In this document: piece after piece, positions 39,749 to 49,583 of the stretch
How the letters are laid out: each line of letters begins with the position of its first letter
Numbering within the stretch: the stretch's first letter is position 1
NCBI GenBank assembly: GCA_965219995.1
Contig: CBDCOX010000002.1
Span: 3,360,001 to 3,424,000 of the forward strand
Direction of reading: 5' to 3'
DNA: 64,000 bases
DNA from: Candidatus Latescibacterota bacterium
GTDB taxonomy: Bacteria > Latescibacterota > UBA2968 > GCA-2709665
The notes under the pieces: generated by a model
Database searches by the model: none
The model's input: only the letters and a program-made list of their open reading frames with translations
Told to the model about the DNA's origin: nothing
Program-made: the position numbers and the translations under genes

Positions 39749-42700
39749 ATGACGCCCAATCGAATTGAACGCTGCATGCTGTTCGTGATTGGCATTCTGA
39801 TTTCCGGTTGTGCTTCGAAACGGAACGAGACGGGAACGATAACCTATTCGCGGGAAACGGCCAGGCTGGTCAGCCACGCGACGTCCGACATGATCCGCGC
39901 CGGCGATGACATCCGCGTACGGTTCGTGTCGCCCGTCGTGTCCGGAAACCAGGTCGGACAGAGGCTCGAAGAGACCGTATTCACCTTTGTGCCGCACATC
40001 GATGGAAATGCCCGCTGGGCGGACGGGCGCACCCTCCTCTTCAAGCCCGACGCGCCGCTCCCGTTCAGGCAGCGTTACAGGGGGACCCTGGATCTTGCCG
40101 CCCTGTTTCCGCGTCGAGCAAATCTGCGGCCGCTGGAATTCGCGTTTCACGTCGCCGGCCGGGAGATTGTTTCGTTGAACGCGGATTTCGAGGTGATCGA
40201 GAAAGATGATCCACGAAGGGTGGTATATAAAGGCCGTGTCGTATTCAGCGAGAAAACCCCGCTCGAACAGGTGCGGCAGGCTGCCCGGTTGTCGATGTAT
40301 TATGGCCGGAAATCGCTTTCTCTTGCCTGGACGGCGGACGCGGAGGGGAAGGTCTTCTCATTTGTATCCGAACCGATCGAACGAAGCAAAACAACGAGAG
40401 TGCTCCGTTTCAACCTCGAAAAGGAGGCGCTGGCGATTTCGCGGGACTACGTGGAAAAGAGGAGGCTGACGCCCGTAACGGAAATGAAGATCGTCAAAGT
40501 CGAAGGTCGAGGGGAGGGACGGCAGCCCGGCCTCGCGGTCGAATTGACGGACGTACCGGACCCCCGCCAGGATCTCCAGGGGCTGATTGCCGTGCACCCG
40601 CCGATGGACGTCCGGATCAGGGCGGTGGGAAGAAAAATCCACGTGAGCGGCGAGTTTGAGCACGGCAGGCACTATACCCTCACCGTCCATCCGGGCATTC
40701 GCAGCCGATGGGGCGCGGCGACGGCCACGGAACGTACCGAAACGATCCAGATACCTGATCTGAAACCCCGGATTCGATTCTCCGAAGACGGGATGATTCT
40801 GCCGACGATCAACCGACAGCGCGTGCGGTTCCGGACGGTGAACGTGAGCCGCGTCAGGCTGGGGATCAAACAGGTCTTCGACTCGAATCTGGGCCAGTTC
40901 CTGCAGACGCAGAGCCTGAAGAGCGGCGGCGACCGCCGGCGGGATTTCTCTTCCTGGGAGGTCAACCGCGTCGGCGTGGGGCTGGTGGATACGGTCCTGG
41001 AGACCGGCACGGTCCGCAACCGGTGGCTGCAGCACGAACTGGATCTGAACGAGTTGCTCGATCCGTCCGAGAAAGGGCCGCTTCTGATCAGTCTAAGCTT
41101 CAAACACATCGATATGCTTTACGGCGCACCGGGCGAGGCCGAGGAAGCGCGAAAGCAGTGGCGGTGGAACCGTGGAAATTACGACTACCGCAGCCATCCC
41201 TTCTCGCCCGGATACGTCCGCCGCTACGGAAGGGCATTCAAGCCGGTTATCGTCAGCGATATCGGGCTGACGTACAAGAAGGCGCACCGCCAGCACATCG
41301 TTTATGCGCGGAATGTCAGCAACGCGGCGCCGATGGCCGGGGTGGCGGTCACGTTGCGCACCTTCCAGAACCAGGTGGCCGGACGGGGCGTGACCGACAG
41401 GCACGGCGAGGCGGCGATTTCTGGTGGAGAGCGGGACGTCTTTTATGTCGAAGCCGAAAAAGACGGTCAGAAGAGCATCATCAAGTGCAACGAAATGGCC
41501 TGGAACCTGTCCACGTTCGATACCGGGGGCGCCGCTGCGCAGCCGGACGGCGTCCGGGCGTTCATCTACACCGAACGGGGCGTTTATCGACCCGGCGACG
41601 AGATCCATCTTTCGCTGATCGCGCGCAATTCCGAACAGACCTTTCCCGAGAACCACCCTGTTACGCTGAAGCTCTATAACCCGCGAAATCAACTGGTGCT
41701 GGAGCGGACCGCCCGTGATGGAAAGGATGGATTCTACGTTTTCAGCTTCAAAACAGAGCCCAACGATCCAACGGGTAACTGGCGGGCGCGTCTGGAAGTG
41801 GGAAGCCGGACGTTCGACCATACGGTGAAGGTCGAGACGGTGGCCCCCTATCGGTTGAGGGTCCGGATCGAGCCCGAAAAGCAGAATTTGACGGCTGAGG
41901 ACGACGAACTTCGACTCGGGCTCCTGAGTACCTATCTGTTCGGCAATCCGGCCGTCGGGCTGGATGCCGAGGTCACGGCCGAACTCCGGCATTCAGCGAA
42001 ACAGTTTTCCGGCTATCCGGAGTTCAGCTTCACCAACGAAGGTGTGACCCATAAGCCGGTGCGCACCAGCATCTTCAAGGGCAGACTCGACACGCTGGGG
42101 CGTGCGCGCGTGCGCTGGCGGCTGCCCCAACTTGACGGGACGCCGTCTGCGATCCAGGTCGTGATCAATGCCACGGTGCTGGAGAGAGGAGGCCGTCCCA
42201 ACCGCAGCCGCGAATCCCTGGCGCTGGATCCGTACGGCCGCTACGTCGGGGTGCGAAAACCGCAGTTCGACTACGGATATGCCCGGATGGGGTCCGCGGT
42301 GGAGATTCCGGTTGTACTCGTAACCCCTGAGGGAGAGGCAGCGGCGGGTCTGCCGCTCGAATACCGCATTTACAGAAGTACGGCGCACTGGTGGTGGGAA
42401 TACGAGTCCCGCGATCAGTTCCGCCTCAGGTTCAAGAAGGACCAGTATACGGAACAGATCGACAGCGGCTCGCTGTTCTCGAAGACAACGCCCGTGCCGT
42501 TGGTGTTTACACCCGACCAGCGGGGCGAGTATCTGATAGAAGTCCAGGATGCCGCGGGGCATACCGCCGCATTCTTCATACGCGCCTATCCGTGGGGCGA
42601 AGCGCAGGCCGATCCCGAAACAGCCGGCATGCTGGCGCTCAGGACCGACAGGAAGTCCTATGCCCCCGGCGATTCCGCGATTGTGACGTTTCCCGCGCCG

Positions 42701-45280
42701 CGACAGGGCGCGATTCTGGTCTCGGTGGAACAGGACAGCCGCATCCTGCAGACCCGATGGCACGATCCGGACGGTTTACGGGACGAGTTCCGGGTTTCGG
42801 TGCCCATCTCGCGGGATATGGCGCCCACCGCGTACGTCGGCGTCTCGGTCCTGCAGCCGTACAGCCAGACGATGAACGATCGACCGATCCGCCTGTACGG
42901 CGTCGTTCCGCTCAATGTAGGCGATCCGCATACCCGCCAGGAAATCGCCGTTCGCATGCCGGACGAACTGAGGCCCGAGTCCCCGTTTCAGGTTCAGGTC
43001 GAGACGGGCAACGAAGAGCCGGCGCAGTTCACACTGGCTGTGGTCGACGAGGGATTGCTGGCGCTCACGGGGTATTCCACGCCGGACGCCTGGAAGTCGT
43101 TTTACAGAAAGCGCCGCCTGGGCGTGGTGACCCACGACGTGTATTCCCACGTCATCGGCGCCAACAAAGGCGACGTCTTCAAGACCTTTGCCGTTGGAGG
43201 CGGCTTCGCGAAGGCTTACAGGACTTCCCAGCTGGATACGAAGGGCAGGAAGCGATTCAAGGCGGTATCGCTGTTCAAGGGACCGATCGAAACCGACGGG
43301 CAGGGGCGGGCAACCGTTGAATTCGAAATGCCGGACTACACGGGTTCGGTGCGTGCGATGGTCGTTTCCGCCAGCAGGGGGCGATACGGTCGGGCGGAGA
43401 CATCCGTGCCGGTGAAGTCCGACCTGATGGTGATGCCTACGCTGCCGCGCGTGCTTGGGCCGGAGGATCGAATCACCGTTCCCGTGACCGTTTTCGCGAT
43501 GGCCGACCGTATCGGTCCGACCGTCGTTTCGATGCGGACCGAAGGTCCCGTTTCCATTGTCGGGCCCGCGCGGCAGGAGTTGGCCTTCTCCGCGGCGGGC
43601 GAAAAGGACCTCACGTTTGCTCTGCAGGCGTCGGCGGCCGTGGGACAGGCACGGGTTGTCGTGACCGCGGAGGCGCAGGGGCTTGCGGCGGACCACGAGA
43701 CCGATCTGAAGGTGCGCGCCTCGGCAGCCAGGATCTATTCGGCGGAGGAGCAGAGTGTCCGGCCGGGCGAGAGGGTCCGGTTTGCGGTACCCGACAGAGG
43801 ACTGCCCGGTACCAATCGCGCCATCGTGGCCGTACGCCGCCGCCCCGACCTGGGGATGACCCATCGGCTGCTCGGGCTGATACGCTACCCGTACGGTTGT
43901 ATCGAGCAAACGGTGTCGGCCGCGTTCCCGCTGCTCTATCTGGGAACGCTCCTGGAAGGCGTGACGTTTGCGGGCCCCGCAACGAGCGATATCGACTGGT
44001 ATATCAATCTGGCAATCCGCAGGTTGAGGAACTTCAAACTCGCCTCCGGAGGGTTCACGTACTGGCCCGGCGCATCGTCGGTCTCTACCTGGGGTTCCCT
44101 GTATACGGGGCACTTCCTGATCGAAGCCGGGAAACTGGGATACCACGTTCCTCAGGACCTGATGGCCAACTGGCTGCGTTACGAAAAGTCGCGTGCGCTG
44201 ACCGCTAAAGACAACCTGATGGAACGGGTCTATCGGGTCTATCTCCTGGCGCTTGCCGGCGAATACCGGATCGGCCCGATGAATCTGCTGAAAGAGACCG
44301 GCATCAAGGACATGAACGACACCCAGAAGTGGATGCTGGCCGCGGCCTATCACCTTGCCGGCGTGGAGCGGACCGCCGCGCAGATCCTCATCCCGGCGGG
44401 AAAGCGGGTGGAAGATTACCGCGAATCGGGCGGCACCTACGGCTCGAGCCTGCGGGATATGGCGATCATTCTGAATACGCTGGTTCTTTTCGAACGCTGG
44501 TCGGAGGCGGACGAAGTCGCCAGACAGTTGGGAAAGGCGCTGGGGTCACAGCGCTGGTACAGTACACATACCACCGGGTTTATGCTTCTGGCCATGGGGA
44601 AGTATCTTCGTTCTCTCTCCGGAGAAGGCGATCGCCCGCCCGTGCTCGCTGGCACCCTTTCCCTTGCGGATGGGAAGGAAGTGCCGTTTGAGACGGATCG
44701 GTCCGTCTATCAACTGGAAATCGAAGACGGATTCGGCCAGGAAATCGAGGTCTTTCTGGATTCAACGTCGACCGTCAACAGGGCGTTCGCAACCCTGGAT
44801 TGGGACGGTGTTCCGCTTACCGACGACCAGGGAGATACGTCCGGCAGGCTGAGTCTCGAGGTGGCCTGGCTCAATGAGGCAGGTCTGCCGGTCGAGCCCG
44901 CCGAACTCTCCCAGGGCGAGAACTTCTGGGGTCATTTCCGCGTGCGCAATCTGTCGGCCGTTCGAAAAATCGAAGAGGTGGCGCTGGTCCAGGTCCTTCC
45001 GGCCGGTTGGGAGATCGACAACCCGCGACTGTCCGCCCGGACGGCGCCGGAATGGACGCCCCGCCTGAATCTGAACCAGGAGGAGTATCTGGACGTGCGC
45101 GACGACCGCGTGATGTGGTTCTTCGACTTCGGCAGGCACAGTGAATTGGACTTCGTGGTCCGATTGAACGCGGTTACGGTCGGGTCATTCAGGCTGCCCG
45201 CAACGGTTGCCGAAGCGATGTACGATCGGAACTACCGGGCGACCGCGGCAGGAAGACCGGTCGAGGTCAGGCAAAGATAG
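39749..45280 (+). CDS. Bacterial alpha-2-macroglobulin lipoprotein
   Basis: Lipobox ISGC, YTERGVYRPG MG2 domain, LAVVDEG, thioester YPYGCIEQ, RDDR, AMYD. Confidence 0.95.
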   Translation: MTPNRIERCMLFVIGILISGCASKRNETGTITYSRETARLVSHATSDMIRAGDDIRVRFVSPVVSGNQVGQRLEETVFTFVPHIDGNARWADGRTLLFKPDAPLPFRQRYRGTLDLAALFPRRANLRPLEFAFHVAGREIVSLNADFEVIEKDDPRRVVYKGRVVFSEKTPLEQVRQAARLSMYYGRKSLSLAWTADAEGKVFSFVSEPIERSKTTRVLRFNLEKEALAISRDYVEKRRLTPVTEMKIVKVEGRGEGRQPGLAVELTDVPDPRQDLQGLIAVHPPMDVRIRAVGRKIHVSGEFEHGRHYTLTVHPGIRSRWGAATATERTETIQIPDLKPRIRFSEDGMILPTINRQRVRFRTVNVSRVRLGIKQVFDSNLGQFLQTQSLKSGGDRRRDFSSWEVNRVGVGLVDTVLETGTVRNRWLQHELDLNELLDPSEKGPLLISLSFKHIDMLYGAPGEAEEARKQWRWNRGNYDYRSHPFSPGYVRRYGRAFKPVIVSDIGLTYKKAHRQHIVYARNVSNAAPMAGVAVTLRTFQNQVAGRGVTDRHGEAAISGGERDVFYVEAEKDGQKSIIKCNEMAWNLSTFDTGGAAAQPDGVRAFIYTERGVYRPGDEIHLSLIARNSEQTFPENHPVTLKLYNPRNQLVLERTARDGKDGFYVFSFKTEPNDPTGNWRARLEVGSRTFDHTVKVETVAPYRLRVRIEPEKQNLTAEDDELRLGLLSTYLFGNPAVGLDAEVTAELRHSAKQFSGYPEFSFTNEGVTHKPVRTSIFKGRLDTLGRARVRWRLPQLDGTPSAIQVVINATVLERGGRPNRSRESLALDPYGRYVGVRKPQFDYGYARMGSAVEIPVVLVTPEGEAAAGLPLEYRIYRSTAHWWWEYESRDQFRLRFKKDQYTEQIDSGSLFSKTTPVPLVFTPDQRGEYLIEVQDAAGHTAAFFIRAYPWGEAQADPETAGMLALRTDRKSYAPGDSAIVTFPAPRQGAILVSVEQDSRILQTRWHDPDGLRDEFRVSVPISRDMAPTAYVGVSVLQPYSQTMNDRPIRLYGVVPLNVGDPHTRQEIAVRMPDELRPESPFQVQVETGNEEPAQFTLAVVDEGLLALTGYSTPDAWKSFYRKRRLGVVTHDVYSHVIGANKGDVFKTFAVGGGFAKAYRTSQLDTKGRKRFKAVSLFKGPIETDGQGRATVEFEMPDYTGSVRAMVVSASRGRYGRAETSVPVKSDLMVMPTLPRVLGPEDRITVPVTVFAMADRIGPTVVSMRTEGPVSIVGPARQELAFSAAGEKDLTFALQASAAVGQARVVVTAEAQGLAADHETDLKVRASAARIYSAEEQSVRPGERVRFAVPDRGLPGTNRAIVAVRRRPDLGMTHRLLGLIRYPYGCIEQTVSAAFPLLYLGTLLEGVTFAGPATSDIDWYINLAIRRLRNFKLASGGFTYWPGASSVSTWGSLYTGHFLIEAGKLGYHVPQDLMANWLRYEKSRALTAKDNLMERVYRVYLLALAGEYRIGPMNLLKETGIKDMNDTQKWMLAAAYHLAGVERTAAQILIPAGKRVEDYRESGGTYGSSLRDMAIILNTLVLFERWSEADEVARQLGKALGSQRWYSTHTTGFMLLAMGKYLRSLSGEGDRPPVLAGTLSLADGKEVPFETDRSVYQLEIEDGFGQEIEVFLDSTSTVNRAFATLDWDGVPLTDDQGDTSGRLSLEVAWLNEAGLPVEPAELSQGENFWGHFRVRNLSAVRKIEEVALVQVLPAGWEIDNPRLSARTAPEWTPRLNLNQEEYLDVRDDRVMWFFDFGRHSELDFVVRLNAVTVGSFRLPATVAEAMYDRNYRATAAGRPVEVRQR

Positions 45281-45367
45281 AACGCCACCGGGCCGTCGTC
45301 ATTCCGGCTGCCGGCAGCGACGACGTGGCGATTCGGGAAACGACGGTCGGTTGCGGAGGCTGAGATT

Positions 45368-47749
45368 ATGGTTTCGCTGAGAGAGCGGACGGTGAAGGGA
45401 GGATGGCGCCGCGGGGCCCTTCGTGCGCTTGGAAGACGCGGGAGGGCGGGGCTCCTTCTTACGCTCCTTCTCTTCCCCGTGGCGGTCTACGTATCGACTC
45501 CCCTGCCGGATCCGCTATTCGATCCCGATTACAGTACGGTTGTGCTGGACGAGCGGGGACGGATCCTGCGGATGTTCCTGAATGGCGATGAGCAGTGGCG
45601 TTTCCCGCACCGGGCGAGTGCCGATGTTCCTCACGCGCTCGAAGCCGCGGTTCTCTGTTTCGAGGACCGTCGCTTTTACGGGCATCCCGGCGTGGACCCG
45701 CTGGCGCTGCTTCGCGCCGTTTATCAGAATGTCCGTGCCGGAGAGGTCGTTAGCGGCGCGAGCACGCTGACGATGCAGGTTGCGCGGATGACGTCGCCGA
45801 AGAAGAGGACCTATATCAATAAAGCCCTGGAGATGCTCCAGGCATTGAAAATCGAACTTCATTACGACAAGAAGCAGATCCTGAACCTCTACCTGGACCA
45901 CGCGCCATACGGCGGAAATGTCGTGGGCTACCGTGCGGCCGCGCACCGGTATTTCGGCAAGTCGGCTGAGCGGCTGACCTGGGGAGAGGCCGCCACGCTG
46001 GCGGTCCTTCCGAATGCGCCCGGGCTGATATCGCCTCTTGCCGACCCGGACAAACTGCGGGTCAGGCGAGACCGGCTTCTGAGCCGGCTGCGGAACGAAG
46101 GGGCGATAGACGCCGAGACCTTTGGTCTGGCGAGGCTGGAAGCGGTCCCGGACGGCGCCATGCCGTTGCCGATGGACGCGCCGCATCTGTCGCGGCGGCT
46201 GGCGTCGCGGCACCGGAGTACGTATCTGAGGACCACGCTAAGACGGGACATTCAGAAACAGAGCGCAAAACTCGTCAATCGACACGCTGCCTTCATGCGG
46301 CGTCTGGGGGTCCGGAACGGCGCGGCCCTGGTGGTCGAAACACGAACGGGAGAGGTGCGCGCGTACGTCGGATCCCAGGGGTTCTTCGACGCCCGGAACC
46401 AGGGCCAGGTGGACGGCGTTGCGGCCGCACGGTCGTCCGGGTCTCTTCTCAAACCGTTTCTGTTCGCCCTGGGCATCGACGAGGGCCTCCTGTTGCCCCG
46501 GACGCGGGTCCGGGACCTGCCCACGCACTACGGCGCTTTCTCCCCGGGGAACGCGGATGGGACCTATGCCGGTCTGGTTGCGGCCAAAGAAGCGCTGGTT
46601 CGTTCCCTGAACGTGCCGGCGGTCCGGCTGCTGGATACGTACGGGATGGACCCGTTCTACCGGTTCTTGAAATCCGCCGGCCTGACGACGCTCGTCCGGT
46701 CTTCCGGCGATTACGGGCTGCCGATGATTCTCGGAGGCGTCGAAGTCAGCCTGTGGGACATGGCGCAATGCTACCGCGCGCTGGCCAACGGCGGGCGCTT
46801 CGGTCCCCTCAGTGTCCTGGCAGGGACGCCCGATCCGGCAGGTCCCTCGCTCATCAGTCCCGGCGCCTGTTATCTGACACTCAACGTGCTTCGGGATCTC
46901 AAGCGCCCCGGCGTGGAATACTACTGGCATCAGTTCCAGAACCAATGGCCGATCGCCTGGAAGACGGGTACCAGCTACGGAAAGCGGGACGCCTGGGCCG
47001 TCGGCGTCAGCCCGGAGTGGACGGTTGCGGTCTGGATCGGTAATTTCGGCGGTCGAGGAAACGCGGACCTCACGGGCGCGAGTTCGGCCGCACCCCTCCT
47101 GTTCGATCTGTTCAACACGCTGCCGAAGCGACGGGAGCACGCCTGGTTCGAAACGCCGGATTCCGGCCTGCGTCCGCTTCAGCTTTGCGCGGAAACCGGA
47201 TTCCGGGCGGGTCCGGACTGCGAGCGTCCGGTACCCGTTCAGGCGCCGCAACATATGAAACCCCTCCGAACCTGTCCCTACCACCGGACCTTCCAGGTGA
47301 CGATGGACGAAGCCCATCGCGTGTGTTCGCTCTGCTGGCAACCCGCGGCCCGTCGTTCCGTAAAGCGGCTTGTCTTTCCGGCAGACGTCGCGCAAGTCTT
47401 GCGCGAACAAGGACATGTTCCGGGCACGGTTCCCCCGCACAGTCCGGAATGCCCGGCCGCGACCGAGCCCCTGCCATTGAAAATCATCTACCCGCAACAG
47501 AACGCCAGGCTGTGGCTTCCCAGGGACTTCGGCGGCGCGCTGCAGAAGATCGCGATGCGGGTGGCTCACCGGGAGACGAATCGCATTCTGTACTGGTACC
47601 TGGACGACCGGTATCTGGGGAGCAGCCGCGGACGGCACGTCAAAGCCGCGGAACTCTCGAAAGGATGGCACACGCTGGACGTGGTGGACGAGATCGGCAA
47701 CCGGGATCGAAAGCGATTCTTCGTCGACATGAGACACAACGGCGGATGA
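45368..47749 (+). CDS. pbpC: Penicillin-binding protein 1C
   Basis: EDRRFY.HPG, GASTLTMQ, SLLK, SLN, KTGTS; PBP1C C-terminal domain; follows alpha-2-macroglobulin. Confidence 0.95.
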   Translation: MVSLRERTVKGGWRRGALRALGRRGRAGLLLTLLLFPVAVYVSTPLPDPLFDPDYSTVVLDERGRILRMFLNGDEQWRFPHRASADVPHALEAAVLCFEDRRFYGHPGVDPLALLRAVYQNVRAGEVVSGASTLTMQVARMTSPKKRTYINKALEMLQALKIELHYDKKQILNLYLDHAPYGGNVVGYRAAAHRYFGKSAERLTWGEAATLAVLPNAPGLISPLADPDKLRVRRDRLLSRLRNEGAIDAETFGLARLEAVPDGAMPLPMDAPHLSRRLASRHRSTYLRTTLRRDIQKQSAKLVNRHAAFMRRLGVRNGAALVVETRTGEVRAYVGSQGFFDARNQGQVDGVAAARSSGSLLKPFLFALGIDEGLLLPRTRVRDLPTHYGAFSPGNADGTYAGLVAAKEALVRSLNVPAVRLLDTYGMDPFYRFLKSAGLTTLVRSSGDYGLPMILGGVEVSLWDMAQCYRALANGGRFGPLSVLAGTPDPAGPSLISPGACYLTLNVLRDLKRPGVEYYWHQFQNQWPIAWKTGTSYGKRDAWAVGVSPEWTVAVWIGNFGGRGNADLTGASSAAPLLFDLFNTLPKRREHAWFETPDSGLRPLQLCAETGFRAGPDCERPVPVQAPQHMKPLRTCPYHRTFQVTMDEAHRVCSLCWQPAARRSVKRLVFPADVAQVLREQGHVPGTVPPHSPECPAATEPLPLKIIYPQQNARLWLPRDFGGALQKIAMRVAHRETNRILYWYLDDRYLGSSRGRHVKAAELSKGWHTLDVVDEIGNRDRKRFFVDMRHNGG

Positions 47750-47976
47750 CGACACTGCGTTTCAGTGACACGTCCCGGCATGTGCGTTTCTCCGCAACGC
47801 GTGAAATTGCGACACGGGACTTGAAAACCGGGTCCTTCTTTGCTATCTTGGGACACGGCGAGATGGAACTGGTCCGACGTATGAAACAGAGGCGGCCCCC
47901 TCCCCCGAACCTGTCGTTTCTCGCCCCGGGGCGAATAGAGGGGACGACTGCAGACCGCCGATCGCCGGTTTAAATT

Positions 47977-48957
47977 ATGGACATGAAGAGCGACCCACCG
48001 GCCCAACCCGGTACGCCAACGCGCGGAACCGTTGATGTTTCCATCGTGATTCCGCTACTGAACGAAGCGGACAGCCTTCGGCCGCTGATGGAACAGATCC
48101 GGAAGACACTGGCCGAAACCGGGCTCCGTTTCGAAGTGATTTTCATAGACGATGGCAGTACCGATGGCTCGATCACGGTTCTGGAGGAACTCCACGGCGT
48201 CCGCGACGAAGTCACGGTCATTCAGTTCCGCCGCAACTTCGGCAAAGCCGCGGCGTACGCCGCGGGATTCGACGTGGCGGCGGGCCGGACGATCATCACC
48301 ATGGATGCCGACCTCCAGGACGATCCGGCGGAAATCCCGCGCCTGATCGAACAAATCGACAGCGGTCTCGACCTGGTTTCCGGTTGGAAGAAGAAGCGCT
48401 TCGATCCCCTCAGCAAGACCATCCCGTCCAGGTTCTTCAACTGGGTCACCGGCCGGATTTCGGGCATTCCGATTCACGATTTCAACTGCGGCCTTAAAGC
48501 GTTCCGCCGCGAGGTGGTGGGCGACATCAAGATATACGGCGAACTCCATCGATACATTCCGGTCCTTGCCCACATGGAAGGCTACCGCATTGGAGAAATC
48601 GTCGTACAGCACCGCCCTCGCCGCTTCGGCGTCACCAAATACGGGTGGACGCGTCTGCTGAAGGGCTTCTTCGATCTGCTTACCGTCATGTACCTGGGGC
48701 GGTACATCGGACGTCCGTTACACCTGTTCGGCACGATAGGCGTCATTCTGAGCGCGTTGGGCGTTGCGATCAACGCCTTTATCGCATTTCTGTGGTTCAG
48801 CACGGGAACCATTCAGAACCGCCACCCGCTTCTTTTCCTTGGCATCCTGCTTTCCGTGCTGGGCGTGCAGTTCGTTTGTACCGGCCTCCTGGCCGATATG
48901 ATTACGCGGCAGACGCTTCTCCACGAGAAATACAACATCCGAAGAATCCTCGAATAG
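47977..48957 (+). CDS. GT2 polyprenol-phosphate glycosyltransferase (ArnC/DPM1-like)
   Basis: SIVIP..NE, DDGSTD, RNFGK, DADLQD, DFNCG.K, two C-terminal TMs. Confidence 0.9.
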   Translation: MDMKSDPPAQPGTPTRGTVDVSIVIPLLNEADSLRPLMEQIRKTLAETGLRFEVIFIDDGSTDGSITVLEELHGVRDEVTVIQFRRNFGKAAAYAAGFDVAAGRTIITMDADLQDDPAEIPRLIEQIDSGLDLVSGWKKKRFDPLSKTIPSRFFNWVTGRISGIPIHDFNCGLKAFRREVVGDIKIYGELHRYIPVLAHMEGYRIGEIVVQHRPRRFGVTKYGWTRLLKGFFDLLTVMYLGRYIGRPLHLFGTIGVILSALGVAINAFIAFLWFSTGTIQNRHPLLFLGILLSVLGVQFVCTGLLADMITRQTLLHEKYNIRRILE

Positions 48958-49001
48958 CGCCGCCGTTCGCGCCGGGAACCTCGAGGCAGGGAGACACGCA
49001 C

Positions 49002-49038
49002 AAAAAAGCGACAGACCATAAGACATGGTCTGTCGCTT
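49002..49038 (-). terminator. Rho-independent terminator (12-bp stem, U-tract on the minus strand)
   Basis: aaaaaa-gcgacagaccat-aagac-atggtctgtcgc-tt. Confidence 0.8.
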
Positions 49039-49084
49039 ACCGGCACAAACGAAGTCGCTATGTAACCGGTGTTGGAGCGGTGGC

Positions 49085-49255
49085 TCAAAAGGCCATCGGC
49101 ATTCCGTGGACCTGCGGGCGGCCCAATACCGCCTGATCGTGCCGGCGTACCACGCGCCTGAGCTGCTCGGAGCGCGTCTCGTTTCCCTTGATCGCATAGT
49201 AAAGCGCCAGAAACGCCAGGCGGTCGCGTGGATTCAGTGCTGTTTTGAGAGCCAT
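49085..49255 (-). CDS. Small (56 aa) basic hypothetical protein
   Basis: MALKTALNPRDRLAFLALYYAIKGNETRSEQLRRVVRRHDQAVLGRPQVHGMPMAF with GAGG RBS, upstream sigma54 site and downstream terminator. Confidence 0.55.
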   Translation of the reverse strand: MALKTALNPRDRLAFLALYYAIKGNETRSEQLRRVVRRHDQAVLGRPQVHGMPMAF

Positions 49256-49320
49256 TTTGGGGCCTCGTTCGTTAAGGGTGACAGAAAGAAAACAGGTTTG
49301 ATGAACGCACTCTGATGTAT

Positions 49321-49337
49321 AGCGAATATCGTGCCAA
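49321..49337 (-). promoter_or_regulatory. Sigma54 (-24/-12) promoter
   Basis: TTGGCACGATATTCGCT = TGGCACG with exact GG-N10-GC spacing. Confidence 0.7.
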
Positions 49338-49583
49338 AAATGCGAATCAGGCGCTTTGTTTTCCATTTCTTGAGCGTTTGCGGGCATTTTTCGGGCATCG
49401 GCTGAAAGCAGGACGCGGTCACGTGCAGCACAATGTGTTCAATTCCACCACACAGTGTGAAAAATCCGGTGAAATTCGCCCGCTCGCCGGACGGGGTCAG
49501 GTGAACCCTGACCATCCGTTCCGGCGGCACGATCTCACCGGACCCATTCCGTTGCTCTATTAAAGGCGGGAGGCGGTATCCAT

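Noticed and set aside
39749-47749. Alpha-2-macroglobulin plus pbpC pair as a novel system
   Set aside because: Well-described conserved operon with a canonical CxEQ thioester
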